From Candidatus Nanopusillus sp. (GTDB lineage: Archaea; Nanobdellota; Nanobdellia; Nanobdellales; Nanobdellaceae): a stretch of DNA of 32,000 bases. Made by a program: the position numbers and the translations under genes. The stretch is taken from assembly GCA_046533775.1 (NCBI GenBank), contig JAWDOO010000005.1, positions 7,652 to 39,651 of the forward strand. The letters are read 5' to 3'. This document shows positions 17,354 through 26,499 of this stretch, piece after piece. The notes beneath the pieces are model-generated. The model was not told the DNA's origin and did no database searches. It saw nothing but the letters and a program-made list of their open reading frames with translations. The stretch's first letter is position 1. Each line of letters starts with the position of its first letter.

Positions 17354-20300
17354 TTATAAATTAAAGAAATCTTTAATTTGCTTTTCTTTAGATTGGTTTC
17401 CAAATGTTTGATCTATTTTCATTTTCAATGCTCTTAAACTAGAACTTGTATATTCATCCAATTTCAATTTTTCAGCCAACCATAAACTTGGCTCTAAATA
17501 TTTTACGACGCTGCCATAATGAACTGTCATTACAATTCTTCCACCACATCTATCACATTTTCCACATAATGGAGGCCTTCTAAATCTCTTATTACATTTT
17601 ATACATCTAAATTCTTGTTCAGAAAACTTTCTCAAATTACCTTTAATATCTCTTGCAAAATGTAAATTTATTACCAAGCTTGCAACAGTACTTGGATCTA
17701 CAGATCTTAATAATTTTGCCAATTTTAATTCAAAATTCAATTTTTCCAACATTTCTCCCAAAGATTTATATGCAGAAACCTTATTTCCATTTTCACTAAT
17801 AGAATTTATATCATGCATAAATCCCCAATTTATATATTCCGTTGGTGTATCAATTCTTTCTTTAAATATTTGTATTTTTACAGATTCGGGAGGTTTATAT
17901 TGTAATGATGCTTCATATAATTCTAGTGGATAATTCCAAACAGTATCAAACTTTTGTATCTCATCATCTATTTCCATTCCCTTAACCTTTATTGTAATTG
18001 TTAATGGGGCATCCATAGTTCCTCCTCTTTTATCTGGTAAATATTCCCTAGAAAAGTTTAATAAAGCATCTAATAATAATAATACTGTTCCTTCATCTCC
18101 ATCACAATTTCTTCTAATTGCAGCATGCATCATTGGATGCATAAGTAATGCCTGAGTTCTTGAGAATCCAATTATTCTTCCAACAGTACCTGCAGAGGTA
18201 TGGGGAGCTAAAACAATTAATAGATGACCTAATAAATCTTCCGGTTTCTTTACATTATAATATTTATCCATTTTATAAAATCTTTCCAATTCTTCATCAA
18301 TAAATTTGGCAGTATTTATTAAAGAAATTAAAAATCCATCTTTCTTTAATTTACCACCTTTCTTTAATGGACCAATTGTTGGTAATATAATATCTTGAGG
18401 TTTTAATTCTAATATTTGGTCTTCATTTTCTAATGGATTTCCATAAATATCATGAGTATATCCCAATTCTTTCAATTTTTCTATTGGAGTATATACTAAA
18501 TCTTTTGGCTTAAAATATGTAATTGGTGCTTCTATGGCATCAAATCTTACTGTTCCATCCCTAAATACAAATATACCATATTTTGCCCTTAATATTCCTT
18601 TTTCTAATCTCTCCGGTTGTTTATTTCTTGAACTTAAACCTTCTGGTCCCTTTACTATTTTTGGCAATTGGGAAGCATCTAATCCTAAGTTTTTTAACGC
18701 TGCTTCTATATATTTTGAAATCTGTATCGCATATTTTTTATGCTCTTTTCCATCTTCTGTCTTTAATAATTTTGTTTCTGAATTACAGAATATACATTTA
18801 TTATATGGAACATATATTTTACAATTTGGACAATAATATGTTTTTAAATCTGAAACAATTTTTTGATATTTCATTGATTCTAAAAGATTTCTCATCCTTC
18901 CTCCTTCTTCTCCTACAGGAAATAGGGCCATTATTGAACCTTTTAATTCTCTAATCTTTGCTTTTTCAGGTCTTCCCATTCTAACTCCAATATATGTACC
19001 GACTTTGTCTCTAATAATAACTTTTGATACTTTGTTTATCATTTCATATCCATTTTTTTCATTATTTAATTCCGGAACTTTTTCAAAATATCCTAATTGT
19101 ATATATAATGCTGCTGAATTTGGATATTCAATTATAATTTTATTATTTTCCAATTTATGCTCAATTAATATTTCTTCTAATATATTCTTTATTCTATCAT
19201 TATATTCAAATTCTATTTTATCAGCAATTTTATAATTCTCACCATTTATTTTAATTTCTTTATATGAAACTTTTGCTTTTTCTTTTAAATAATTTAATAA
19301 GTATATAAAGTCTTGTGAACTTATATCCTTCCAGAAATATGTATATTCTGGATGTAATGGAACATTTAATAATATAGATATCTTTAATGAATTAATAAAA
19401 TCAGGTTTATTTTTTAGTGGGTCTCTAATATAATTTTCTAAAGTATTTTTATCAATATTTAAATACTCTGATAATTTTTCTAAATTTTTTATTTCAAATA
19501 ATTTTCTTGGTTTAAACATATCAAAAACTACCTCAAATCCATTTACTTTTTCTTTTGCATTTTTTTCAAATTCCAATATCCACCACTCTTCGCAATATCC
19601 TAACGGAACTAAAGGATGTCCATTATCCAAAAAATCACCATATGTAAATAAAATATCACCCAAAAATAGTATTTTTTCTATTAAATTCTTTTCAATTAAT
19701 TCCTTTGCCTTTTTTTCATCTTTTACTTTTATTACAGAACCATCTTTTAATTTTACTACTGGAGGTTCAATTGTATCTGAAAATGTAACTGCAGAGGCTT
19801 TTCCAGGTCTCTCTACAACAAGTTGAGTCCCCCATGCTAAAAAATTATATGTTAAAATTGCAGCAACTGGATGTATTGAAGAAGCTTCATGACCGTTTGT
19901 CCTTGATTTTCCCATTCTTAATCTAAATCCACCCTTTGCAGATGGTAAAGAAAATATTGGTCTCCCAGCAGTTAATTGTTCTAAATATTTTGCATTCGGT
20001 TTTATTATATCAGAAGAATCTGAAGATCCTCCATGTAATTTTTCTTGCAATTTTTTTAATTCATCTAACCAGGACCAATCTTCTAAATTAAAATCTTTTG
20101 CAATCTTTGATAATTCTTTCCATATTTTTTTAGCCTTTTGACATATACCTTCAGCAAGTACAAGAACTGCTCCCCCTCTTATATAATTTGTTTCAACCCT
20201 TGGTAAATCTTTATATGCAGAAACTTCTATTTTTTCTGTAGGCTCTCCATTTATCTCAATTGGTAGATTTTTAACTGTAAAAGTTATTTCTTCATTCTTT

Positions 20301-20911
20301 GGAGTATACTGTAAATGAGCTACTCTCTTATAATCATAAACTTCAATTATATATCTTTGAATTTCATCTTCTGTAGGATCATATTTTTCATATCCGAATT
20401 TTCTTCTTAAAAAATCAGCAATTACAACTGAAAATGCTTGAGGAGTACCACCAGCAGATCTTACAGGTCCTGCATAGAATACTGAAATATATTCTTTTCC
20501 ATCCATTCTTTTCTTTGCAATTACTTTTACAATTCCTTCCGTTGGAGCGGCTACAACACCCAAAGTATGATATGCAAAACCTGCCCTTAATCCAAGTTCT
20601 ATGGCCCTAATTTTATCTTTAGTTTTATTATATATTTGTTCTGCTACATATTCAGATATTTTTAATATTGTAGAAAATGAAAGTGGTTTATATGCTTTTT
20701 CTATTTCTCTAATTTTTTCTGGTAAATTTATTTCTTTTATAATTGGATCTATTGTTGATAATAAATTAACTACTCTTTCAGCCATATCTTCAGAAATTGG
20801 TATTTCAACATCATTAACTGGATCTAAAGATAGTGATCTCGCCTTTTTTGCAATCTCATAAGCTTCCAATGTTTTTTTCTTAATTTCTAAAAAATATTCG
20901 TTTATATCCAT
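17354..20911 (-). CDS. polC: DNA polymerase D (Pol II) large catalytic subunit DP2
   Basis: 1185 aa. The catalytic motif is NCDGDE (AIRRNCDGDEGTVLLLLD). Zn-finger clusters are YYCPNCKIYVPYNKCIFCN and FRCIKCNKRFRRPPLCGKCDRCGG. It appears uninterrupted, with no intein-like insert noticed. Confidence 0.95.
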   Translation of the reverse strand: MDINEYFLEIKKKTLEAYEIAKKARSLSLDPVNDVEIPISEDMAERVVNLLSTIDPIIKEINLPEKIREIEKAYKPLSFSTILKISEYVAEQIYNKTKDKIRAIELGLRAGFAYHTLGVVAAPTEGIVKVIAKKRMDGKEYISVFYAGPVRSAGGTPQAFSVVIADFLRRKFGYEKYDPTEDEIQRYIIEVYDYKRVAHLQYTPKNEEITFTVKNLPIEINGEPTEKIEVSAYKDLPRVETNYIRGGAVLVLAEGICQKAKKIWKELSKIAKDFNLEDWSWLDELKKLQEKLHGGSSDSSDIIKPNAKYLEQLTAGRPIFSLPSAKGGFRLRMGKSRTNGHEASSIHPVAAILTYNFLAWGTQLVVERPGKASAVTFSDTIEPPVVKLKDGSVIKVKDEKKAKELIEKNLIEKILFLGDILFTYGDFLDNGHPLVPLGYCEEWWILEFEKNAKEKVNGFEVVFDMFKPRKLFEIKNLEKLSEYLNIDKNTLENYIRDPLKNKPDFINSLKISILLNVPLHPEYTYFWKDISSQDFIYLLNYLKEKAKVSYKEIKINGENYKIADKIEFEYNDRIKNILEEILIEHKLENNKIIIEYPNSAALYIQLGYFEKVPELNNEKNGYEMINKVSKVIIRDKVGTYIGVRMGRPEKAKIRELKGSIMALFPVGEEGGRMRNLLESMKYQKIVSDLKTYYCPNCKIYVPYNKCIFCNSETKLLKTEDGKEHKKYAIQISKYIEAALKNLGLDASQLPKIVKGPEGLSSRNKQPERLEKGILRAKYGIFVFRDGTVRFDAIEAPITYFKPKDLVYTPIEKLKELGYTHDIYGNPLENEDQILELKPQDIILPTIGPLKKGGKLKKDGFLISLINTAKFIDEELERFYKMDKYYNVKKPEDLLGHLLIVLAPHTSAGTVGRIIGFSRTQALLMHPMMHAAIRRNCDGDEGTVLLLLDALLNFSREYLPDKRGGTMDAPLTITIKVKGMEIDDEIQKFDTVWNYPLELYEASLQYKPPESVKIQIFKERIDTPTEYINWGFMHDINSISENGNKVSAYKSLGEMLEKLNFELKLAKLLRSVDPSTVASLVINLHFARDIKGNLRKFSEQEFRCIKCNKRFRRPPLCGKCDRCGGRIVMTVHYGSVVKYLEPSLWLAEKLKLDEYTSSSLRALKMKIDQTFGNQSKEKQIKDFFNL

Positions 20912-20963
20912 AAAAATATATTTAAAATAATATTTTTAATTGTTTAAATTCCTTATATTTGAA

Positions 20964-21311
20964 ATGGGAAGTAATTATAAAATTGGTTATTATTATGAGC
21001 AAAAAGTAAAAAAGATATTGGAAAAGGAAGGTTATGATGCATGGAGAACTCCTGGTTCACATTCTGCTATAGATATAATTGCAATAAATAAAGAAGGAAA
21101 GATAAGATTAATACAAGTAAAAAAGAATAAAAGAGATATTGATATAAACAATATTAATTATATTGATTTATATGAATTATATCATTTAGCAGAAAAATAT
21201 AAAGATTCTAATAATGTTGATATTGAATTATGGATATTTTCAAACAATGAATTAAAGAAATATAATAAAGATGATATATTAAAATTGAAAGATATTATTT
21301 CTTTACAATAA
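20964..21311 (+). CDS. hjc: Hjc-type Holliday junction resolvase-like PD-(D/E)xK nuclease
   Basis: The start is placed at the ATG at 20964; the track uses the TTG at 20940. YYYEQKVKKILEKEGYDAWRTPGSHSAIDIIAINKEGKIRLIQVKKNK aligns well with my memory of Pyrococcus Hjc ([29 protein letters not shown]...LCIEVK). The ExK motif reads QVK here. Confidence 0.6.
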   Translation: MGSNYKIGYYYEQKVKKILEKEGYDAWRTPGSHSAIDIIAINKEGKIRLIQVKKNKRDIDINNINYIDLYELYHLAEKYKDSNNVDIELWIFSNNELKKYNKDDILKLKDIISLQ

Positions 21312-22128
21312 TAAAGTATTCATATGGAATATCAAATTCTTTAATAACTTTATATTTTAATTTATATATTATAAATCTTTTAATCTTATATCTCCATGCT
21401 AAACCAAGATTTCTCTTTTTTCCAAGACTTTTCTGAGGAAAAGATATTATTAAATAATCAAAATCTAATTTAGATAATAAATTCCTTGGTGCATAAAAAT
21501 CATATTTTTCCAATATTGGAAATATCTTCCAAAAGAATATATATTGATAATGTCTAAATATTCTATCATCTGGATCTAATAAATCAATTAACCATCCTTC
21601 ATTTTCAATATTTAATTCTTTCAATATTTGATAATTTATATCTAATATTTTTTCAGATATATCTACATAATAATATTTTTTAGGTTTTTGATCTGAGAAA
21701 TAAATTGATATTGGATTCAATCCAGATGCTAAATCTAATATTTCTAATGGTTTTTCAATAAATATATTTTTATATATTTCTTTATAGAAATTTAATCTTT
21801 CAGCAGTAGACCTTGTTAACATTAATAATTCTATTATTTTTTGTTCCAATGTCATTTCATCATTAAATAATATTTTATCTATTTCTCTATCTTCTTTAGG
21901 TGTATATAAACCATATAATTCATGCAAAATTTTTCTTACTTCTTTAAATAATAAATAAAATTCTTCATCATTTTTCAATTGCTTTATACTTTTTATTGAA
22001 GATAATTTTTTATATAAATATTGTTTTTTGCTTAATTCTCTTTTTAATATATTTTCAACTACCTTATCAGATATATTTCTCAATTCCTTCTTATTTTTTA
22101 TCTCATTTATTATTTCAAATAATTCCAT
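21295..22128 (-). CDS. FmrO/ArmA/RmtB-family 16S rRNA (guanine-N7, G1405-type) methyltransferase homolog
   Basis: 277 aa. There are several colinear matches to ArmA/RmtB as I remember them:
- an N-terminal helical part (IKNKKELRNISDKVVENIL; RKILHELYGLYT)
- TRSTAERL
- SAM motif I, ILDLASGLNPISIY (family: LD[FI][AG]CG[LF]NPLALY)
- FWKIFPILEKYD
- IISFPQKSLGKKRNLG (family: [VI]SFP.[KR]SL.G..KGM). Confidence 0.7.
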   Translation of the reverse strand: MELFEIINEIKNKKELRNISDKVVENILKRELSKKQYLYKKLSSIKSIKQLKNDEEFYLLFKEVRKILHELYGLYTPKEDREIDKILFNDEMTLEQKIIELLMLTRSTAERLNFYKEIYKNIFIEKPLEILDLASGLNPISIYFSDQKPKKYYYVDISEKILDINYQILKELNIENEGWLIDLLDPDDRIFRHYQYIFFWKIFPILEKYDFYAPRNLLSKLDFDYLIISFPQKSLGKKRNLGLAWRYKIKRFIIYKLKYKVIKEFDIPYEYFIIVKK

Positions 22129-22832
22129 ATTAATTCAAATTCTTTTCTTTTACATATTTTGCAATTATTACTCTTAACTTTTATTTCTTCTAAATAGAAT
22201 TTATCCCTTATATTAAAATGATATAGTATTCCATCTCTATTTCCAAATACATAATTTATAAATAATTTTAACATTAAAGAAACTGCAAAGATTATTGATG
22301 AAAAATCTACACCAGTAATATCACATGTTAATACATCTTCTTTTCCTTTATATATATCATATAAACAAAATTGTTTAGGATTTATTAAACCAACAAATCC
22401 CTGATCCATAACAACTGAAGCAAATATATATGGCTTATTATAATATACTGATAATTCATTTATTAAATATTTTGATCTAATATTATCAGTACAATCAAAT
22501 ATTATATCTCTATTAAATATTTTATTATTTATTTCTTTATATTTTTCTATATTTATATTATTATCTATTTCTTTTAATCTCTTTTCAATAGAATCTATTT
22601 TTAATTTACCGATATCATCAATTATAAAGTTTTGTCTATTTAGATTTTTTTCTTCTACAATATCAAAATCTACAATTGCCAAATTTTTTACACCAATTCT
22701 CACTAAAAATTCTGATAACCAAGAACCCAAACCACCTAAACCAATAACTGCAACAGATGTTTCTTGTATTTTTTTATTTTTTTCAAATCCAAAAAATTTT
22801 ATTTGAGATATATACCTTGAAACATTATCCAT
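22110..22832 (-). CDS. ThiF/MoeB/UbaA-family E1-like adenylyltransferase
   Basis: 240 aa. The nucleotide-binding motif is VAVIGLGGLGSWLSEFLVRIGVKNLAIVDFDIVEEKNLNRQ. A C-terminal CKIC is present. It overlaps the cdc48 stop by 8 nt and the downstream methyltransferase start by 19 nt. Confidence 0.8.
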   Translation of the reverse strand: MDNVSRYISQIKFFGFEKNKKIQETSVAVIGLGGLGSWLSEFLVRIGVKNLAIVDFDIVEEKNLNRQNFIIDDIGKLKIDSIEKRLKEIDNNINIEKYKEINNKIFNRDIIFDCTDNIRSKYLINELSVYYNKPYIFASVVMDQGFVGLINPKQFCLYDIYKGKEDVLTCDITGVDFSSIIFAVSLMLKLFINYVFGNRDGILYHFNIRDKFYLEEIKVKSNNCKICKRKEFELIWNYLK

Positions 22833-25209
22833 AATACTTATTATCCTTTCCTATCATTCCTTTTCTAAATGTTTCTGCAAATAATTTATAATAATTTTCC
22901 ATTTCTTTTGTTATAGATGGCTTTACTTTTTCTAATGCTGATTTAAAGTCATCCATTGTAATTTTTATATCTTCTTTTTCTAATTCTTTTAATGCTTCTT
23001 CCTCACTTAATCCCTGTTTCTTTTTTAATTCATATGATAATCTTATCCTATTTATTGCAGCTTCTTTTACAAGTAATTCTAAATCAGCACCACTATATCC
23101 TTCAGTAATTCTTGCAATTTCTTCTAAATTAATATCTGGAGCTAACGGCATATTCCTTGTCTTTATTTTTAATATTTCCAATCTTGCATTATAATCTGGA
23201 GGTGGTATATATATTATTCTATCAAATCTTCCAGGTCTTAATAATGCAGGATCAATTATATCTGGTCTATTTGTTGCCGCAATTACAATTACATCACCTC
23301 TTGTAGTTATACCATCCATCTCTGCTAATAATTGATTTACAATACTATCATAAACATTTGTACCTATACTAGAACCTCTTCTTGGTGCTATTGCATCAAT
23401 TTCATCAAAGAATATTACTGCAGGAGCCACTTGTTTTGCTTTTCTAAATATTTCTCTAATCATTTTTTCACTTTCTCCAAACCATTTACTAAATATTTCT
23501 GGACCTCTTACAGCAATAAAGTTTGCTCCTATTTCTGTTGCAATTGCTTTTGCTAATAATGTTTTACCTGTACCTGGAGGACCATATAATAATATACCCT
23601 TTGGAGGTTCAACACCAATTTTTTCATATATTTTCTTGTTTTTTATTGGCCATTCAACAGCTTCTTTCAATTCTAATTTTACCTCCTCCAATCCTCCAAT
23701 ATCATCCCAATGTACCTTTGGTACTTCTACTAATACTTCTCTCATTGCAGACGGTGGTACAACTTTCAATGCAGCCATAAAATCTTCCTCAGTAACAACC
23801 ATTTGATCTAAAATTTCTTGTGGTATATTATTTTCATATTTTTCTATTTCAGGTAATATTCTTCTAATAACATTCATTGCAGCTTCTTTTACTAAAGCAG
23901 CAAGATCTGCACCTACATAACCATATGTAATTGAAGCTAGTTTTCTAATTAATTTATCTTTTTCTTCTTCAGATAATAATACATATTTATCTCCTTCTTT
24001 TTTACCTAGAGGAACATTTCTAGTATGTACTTTTAATATTTGATATCTGCCCTGTTCATTTGGTACAGGAACTTCTATTTCTCTATCAAATCTCCCAGGT
24101 CTCCTTAATGCAGGATCTATAGCTTCTGGTCTATTTGTTGCTGCAATTACAATTACTTTACCCCTTGATTTTAATCCATCCATTAATGTTAATAATTGAG
24201 CTACCAATCTTCTTTCAACTTCTCCGATTGATTCATCCCTTTTAGGAACTATTGCATCAATTTCATCTATAAATATTATTGAAGGTGCATTTTTATTTGC
24301 CTCTTCAAATATATCTCTTAATCTTTTTTCAGATTCTCCAACATATTTTGATACAATTTCAGGACCATTTATTGCAATAAAATATGCTCCACTTTCATTT
24401 GCAACTGCTTTTGCTAATAATGTTTTACCTGTACCTGGAGGACCATATAATAATATACCCTTTGGAGGCTCTATACCAAGTTTTTCAAATAATTCTGGAT
24501 ATTTTAATGGCAATTCTACAAGTTCTCTTACTTTTTGAACAACTTCTTCCATATCACCAATATCTTCATAAGTAACTTCTGGTATTTCTCCCTTCGTTTC
24601 TACAGCATGTGGTAATATTTCTAATTCTGTATTTTCAGTTATAACTACTGCACCTTTTGGAGCTACATTTACAACAGTAAATCTATATTCATTTGAAAAT
24701 CCAAAAGAAGGAAATAAATCTGAAAATATTGAAAATCCAAATTCTTCATCTAATAAATCAAATTTTCTTCTATATCCTGTCAATATAACAATATTGTCTC
24801 CTTTTACAACTGGTCTTCCATCTAATAATCTTTTTATATAATTTAATACACTTGTATTAAATTGGTATATAATTCCTTTTGCTGCTGGAGCTAATACAAC
24901 TTTCTGTGCCTCTCTTACATTAGCTTTCCTTACAGTAACATATCCCCCTAATGTAGCATTTGCATTTTTTCTTATAATACCATCCATCCTAATTATTCCA
25001 AGACCATAATCTTGAGGAGGTAATAATTGAGCAATTGCAACTGTTTTTTTCTTTCCTTCAATTTCAACAATATCTCCAATTCTTATTCCAAGTTCTTTCA
25101 TAGCTTCAGCATCAATTCTTACAATTCCTCTATATAAATCATTTTGAATAGCTTCCGCAACCTTTAATTTTAATTCTTTTTGATTATTTTGGTTATCTTC
25201 AGGTGCCAT
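22825..25209 (-). CDS. cdc48: Cdc48/VCP-like AAA+ ATPase (two AAA domains)
   Basis: 794 aa. It has a Cdc48 N-domain ([25 protein letters not shown]). [13 protein letters not shown] occurs twice. The Walker B motifs are IIFIDEID and VIFFDEID. The second regions of homology are also present. Confidence 0.95.
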   Translation of the reverse strand: MAPEDNQNNQKELKLKVAEAIQNDLYRGIVRIDAEAMKELGIRIGDIVEIEGKKKTVAIAQLLPPQDYGLGIIRMDGIIRKNANATLGGYVTVRKANVREAQKVVLAPAAKGIIYQFNTSVLNYIKRLLDGRPVVKGDNIVILTGYRRKFDLLDEEFGFSIFSDLFPSFGFSNEYRFTVVNVAPKGAVVITENTELEILPHAVETKGEIPEVTYEDIGDMEEVVQKVRELVELPLKYPELFEKLGIEPPKGILLYGPPGTGKTLLAKAVANESGAYFIAINGPEIVSKYVGESEKRLRDIFEEANKNAPSIIFIDEIDAIVPKRDESIGEVERRLVAQLLTLMDGLKSRGKVIVIAATNRPEAIDPALRRPGRFDREIEVPVPNEQGRYQILKVHTRNVPLGKKEGDKYVLLSEEEKDKLIRKLASITYGYVGADLAALVKEAAMNVIRRILPEIEKYENNIPQEILDQMVVTEEDFMAALKVVPPSAMREVLVEVPKVHWDDIGGLEEVKLELKEAVEWPIKNKKIYEKIGVEPPKGILLYGPPGTGKTLLAKAIATEIGANFIAVRGPEIFSKWFGESEKMIREIFRKAKQVAPAVIFFDEIDAIAPRRGSSIGTNVYDSIVNQLLAEMDGITTRGDVIVIAATNRPDIIDPALLRPGRFDRIIYIPPPDYNARLEILKIKTRNMPLAPDINLEEIARITEGYSGADLELLVKEAAINRIRLSYELKKKQGLSEEEALKELEKEDIKITMDDFKSALEKVKPSITKEMENYYKLFAETFRKGMIGKDNKYYG
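23545..23607. repeat. 63-bp exact intragenic repeat, copy 1 (cdc48 D2 Walker A region)
   Basis: TGCTTTTGCTAATAATGTTTTACCTGTACCTGGAGGACCATATAATAATATACCCTTTGGAGG is identical at 23545-23607 and 24406-24468. It encodes [21 protein letters not shown] in both AAA domains. Confidence 0.85.
24406..24468. repeat. 63-bp exact intragenic repeat, copy 2 (cdc48 D1 Walker A region)
   Basis: See copy 1. The identity includes all synonymous positions. Confidence 0.85.
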
Positions 25210-25286
25210 AATTTCATAATATTATTTTACCTTTTAAACCTAAATTATGAAAAAATTTAAATTATTCAATATGTCTATTTTATTTT

Positions 25287-25622
25287 ATGGCATTGAATAT
25301 TAGAAAGATATCTGAAACTACTAGATCGAAGGTATATACAGAAGATGGATATTTCTTAGGAGAAGTTGAAGATGCAATAATAAGTGATAATAAAATATAT
25401 GGATGGAAAATAAAAGTATTAGATCCAGATTTATCTAAAAGGGGAATTAAGGGAATAATAGCTCCACATCAATTAATAAAAGCAATGGGACAAATTTGGA
25501 TAATATCAAAAGCTGTATATTCTGTAAGATCTACATCAGAAAAAGAAAGTGAAGAAAAAAGTAGTAAAGAAACAACAGAAGGAGAAAATGAAAATAAGGT
25601 AGAAATTGAAAAAGTTGAATAA
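25287..25622 (+). CDS. PRC-barrel domain protein with an acidic/Ser-rich tail
   Basis: 111 aa. KVYTEDGYFLGEVEDAIISDNKIYGWKIKV...IIAPHQLIKAMGQIWII fits the PRC-barrel pattern. The C-terminal tail is E/K/S-rich. Confidence 0.5.
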   Translation: MALNIRKISETTRSKVYTEDGYFLGEVEDAIISDNKIYGWKIKVLDPDLSKRGIKGIIAPHQLIKAMGQIWIISKAVYSVRSTSEKESEEKSSKETTEGENENKVEIEKVE

Positions 25623-25627
25623 ATAAT

Positions 25628-26026
25628 TTATCTATAGGCTGTCGTGTAGTGCTTTCTTGCTTTTGAAGTAGGAGATTTTCTTTGTTCTTTTCTTCTTGGA
25701 TCTGATTTTAACATATATGGATCGTATTGCAAATATAATAATTTTAATTTATCATCATCAAAGTATTTTATTAGACCTTTTGCAATAGCTATTCTAGCTG
25801 CTTCAGCTTTTCCCATATAGCCACCACCCTTTACTTTAATCTTTATATTTATTTTTGAAATATAATCTTCTCCAGCCAATATTAATGGCTCACTTATTCT
25901 CAATCTTGCTAAGAATGGTTCATATACCTGTAATGGAATGGAATTTATTGTAACTTTACCATTACCTTCTTTTATATATGCTCTTGCAATTGCTGTTTTT
26001 CTTTTTGCCGTAACTATTATTGTCAT
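25628..26026 (-). CDS. rps9: 30S ribosomal protein S9 (uS9)
   Basis: 132 aa. GKRKTAIARAYIKEGNGKVTIN and VKGGGYMGKAEAARIAIAKGL are present, with a basic C-terminus. Confidence 0.9.
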   Translation of the reverse strand: MTIIVTAKRKTAIARAYIKEGNGKVTINSIPLQVYEPFLARLRISEPLILAGEDYISKINIKIKVKGGGYMGKAEAARIAIAKGLIKYFDDDKLKLLYLQYDPYMLKSDPRRKEQRKSPTSKARKHYTTAYR

Positions 26027-26052
26027 GTTATATAGATTTATATACTATATTT

Positions 26053-26499
26053 TTAAAATTTTCCGCCAATTTGCCTTGATATATCACCTAAATAATGATA
26101 TTCCTTTATTGTTCCTACCTTTAATCTATTCTGAATTAAAGATTCTTCTATCTTTTCCAATTTTATATCTTTAAATTCTTCTGGCAATCCTAAAAATACT
26201 TTTACCTTTTTAAGAGCATCTTTACCCCTCTTATTTTTTGGTAACATTCCATAAATTACTCTTCTCAATATTTTATCTGGTCTCTTTGGATAAAATGGAC
26301 CCTTTATCCAATCTCCCCTTTCATTTACTTTATGATTCCAATATTTAACTAAATTATTCCATCTTCCAACTAAAATAACTTTTTCAGCATTAAATATATA
26401 TATTTCATATCCTTCTAACAAATATTTAGCAACTCTTGATGCAAACCTCCCTAAAATAGAATCTGTTGCATCTATGTATTTTTTTCCTATCGCTATCAT
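26053..26499 (-). CDS. rpl13: 50S ribosomal protein L13 (uL13)
   Basis: 148 aa. IDATDSILGRFASRVAKYLLEGYEIYIFNAEKVILVG is present. There is a 4-nt overlap with the L18e gene. Confidence 0.9.
   Translation of the reverse strand: MIAIGKKYIDATDSILGRFASRVAKYLLEGYEIYIFNAEKVILVGRWNNLVKYWNHKVNERGDWIKGPFYPKRPDKILRRVIYGMLPKNKRGKDALKKVKVFLGLPEEFKDIKLEKIEESLIQNRLKVGTIKEYHYLGDISRQIGGKF

Noticed and set aside
16615-17403. Long form of dphB overlapping polD by 50 nt
   Set aside because: The conserved diphthine synthase N-terminus begins at the internal Met (17352). The extension (METNLKKSKLKISLIYK) has no family counterpart.
18534-19235. Three plus-strand ORFs (100, 123 and 76 aa) inside polD, plus one at 20601-20861
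   Set aside because: They are antisense to DP2, which is continuous with its catalytic and Zn-finger motifs. The translations are Leu/Phe/Ile-rich artefacts.
23332-24575. Plus-strand ORFs inside cdc48, two of which share the peptide [23 protein letters not shown]
   Set aside because: The shared peptide looked like a duplicated small gene. It is simply the antisense reading of the 63-bp identical Walker-A segments of the two AAA domains.
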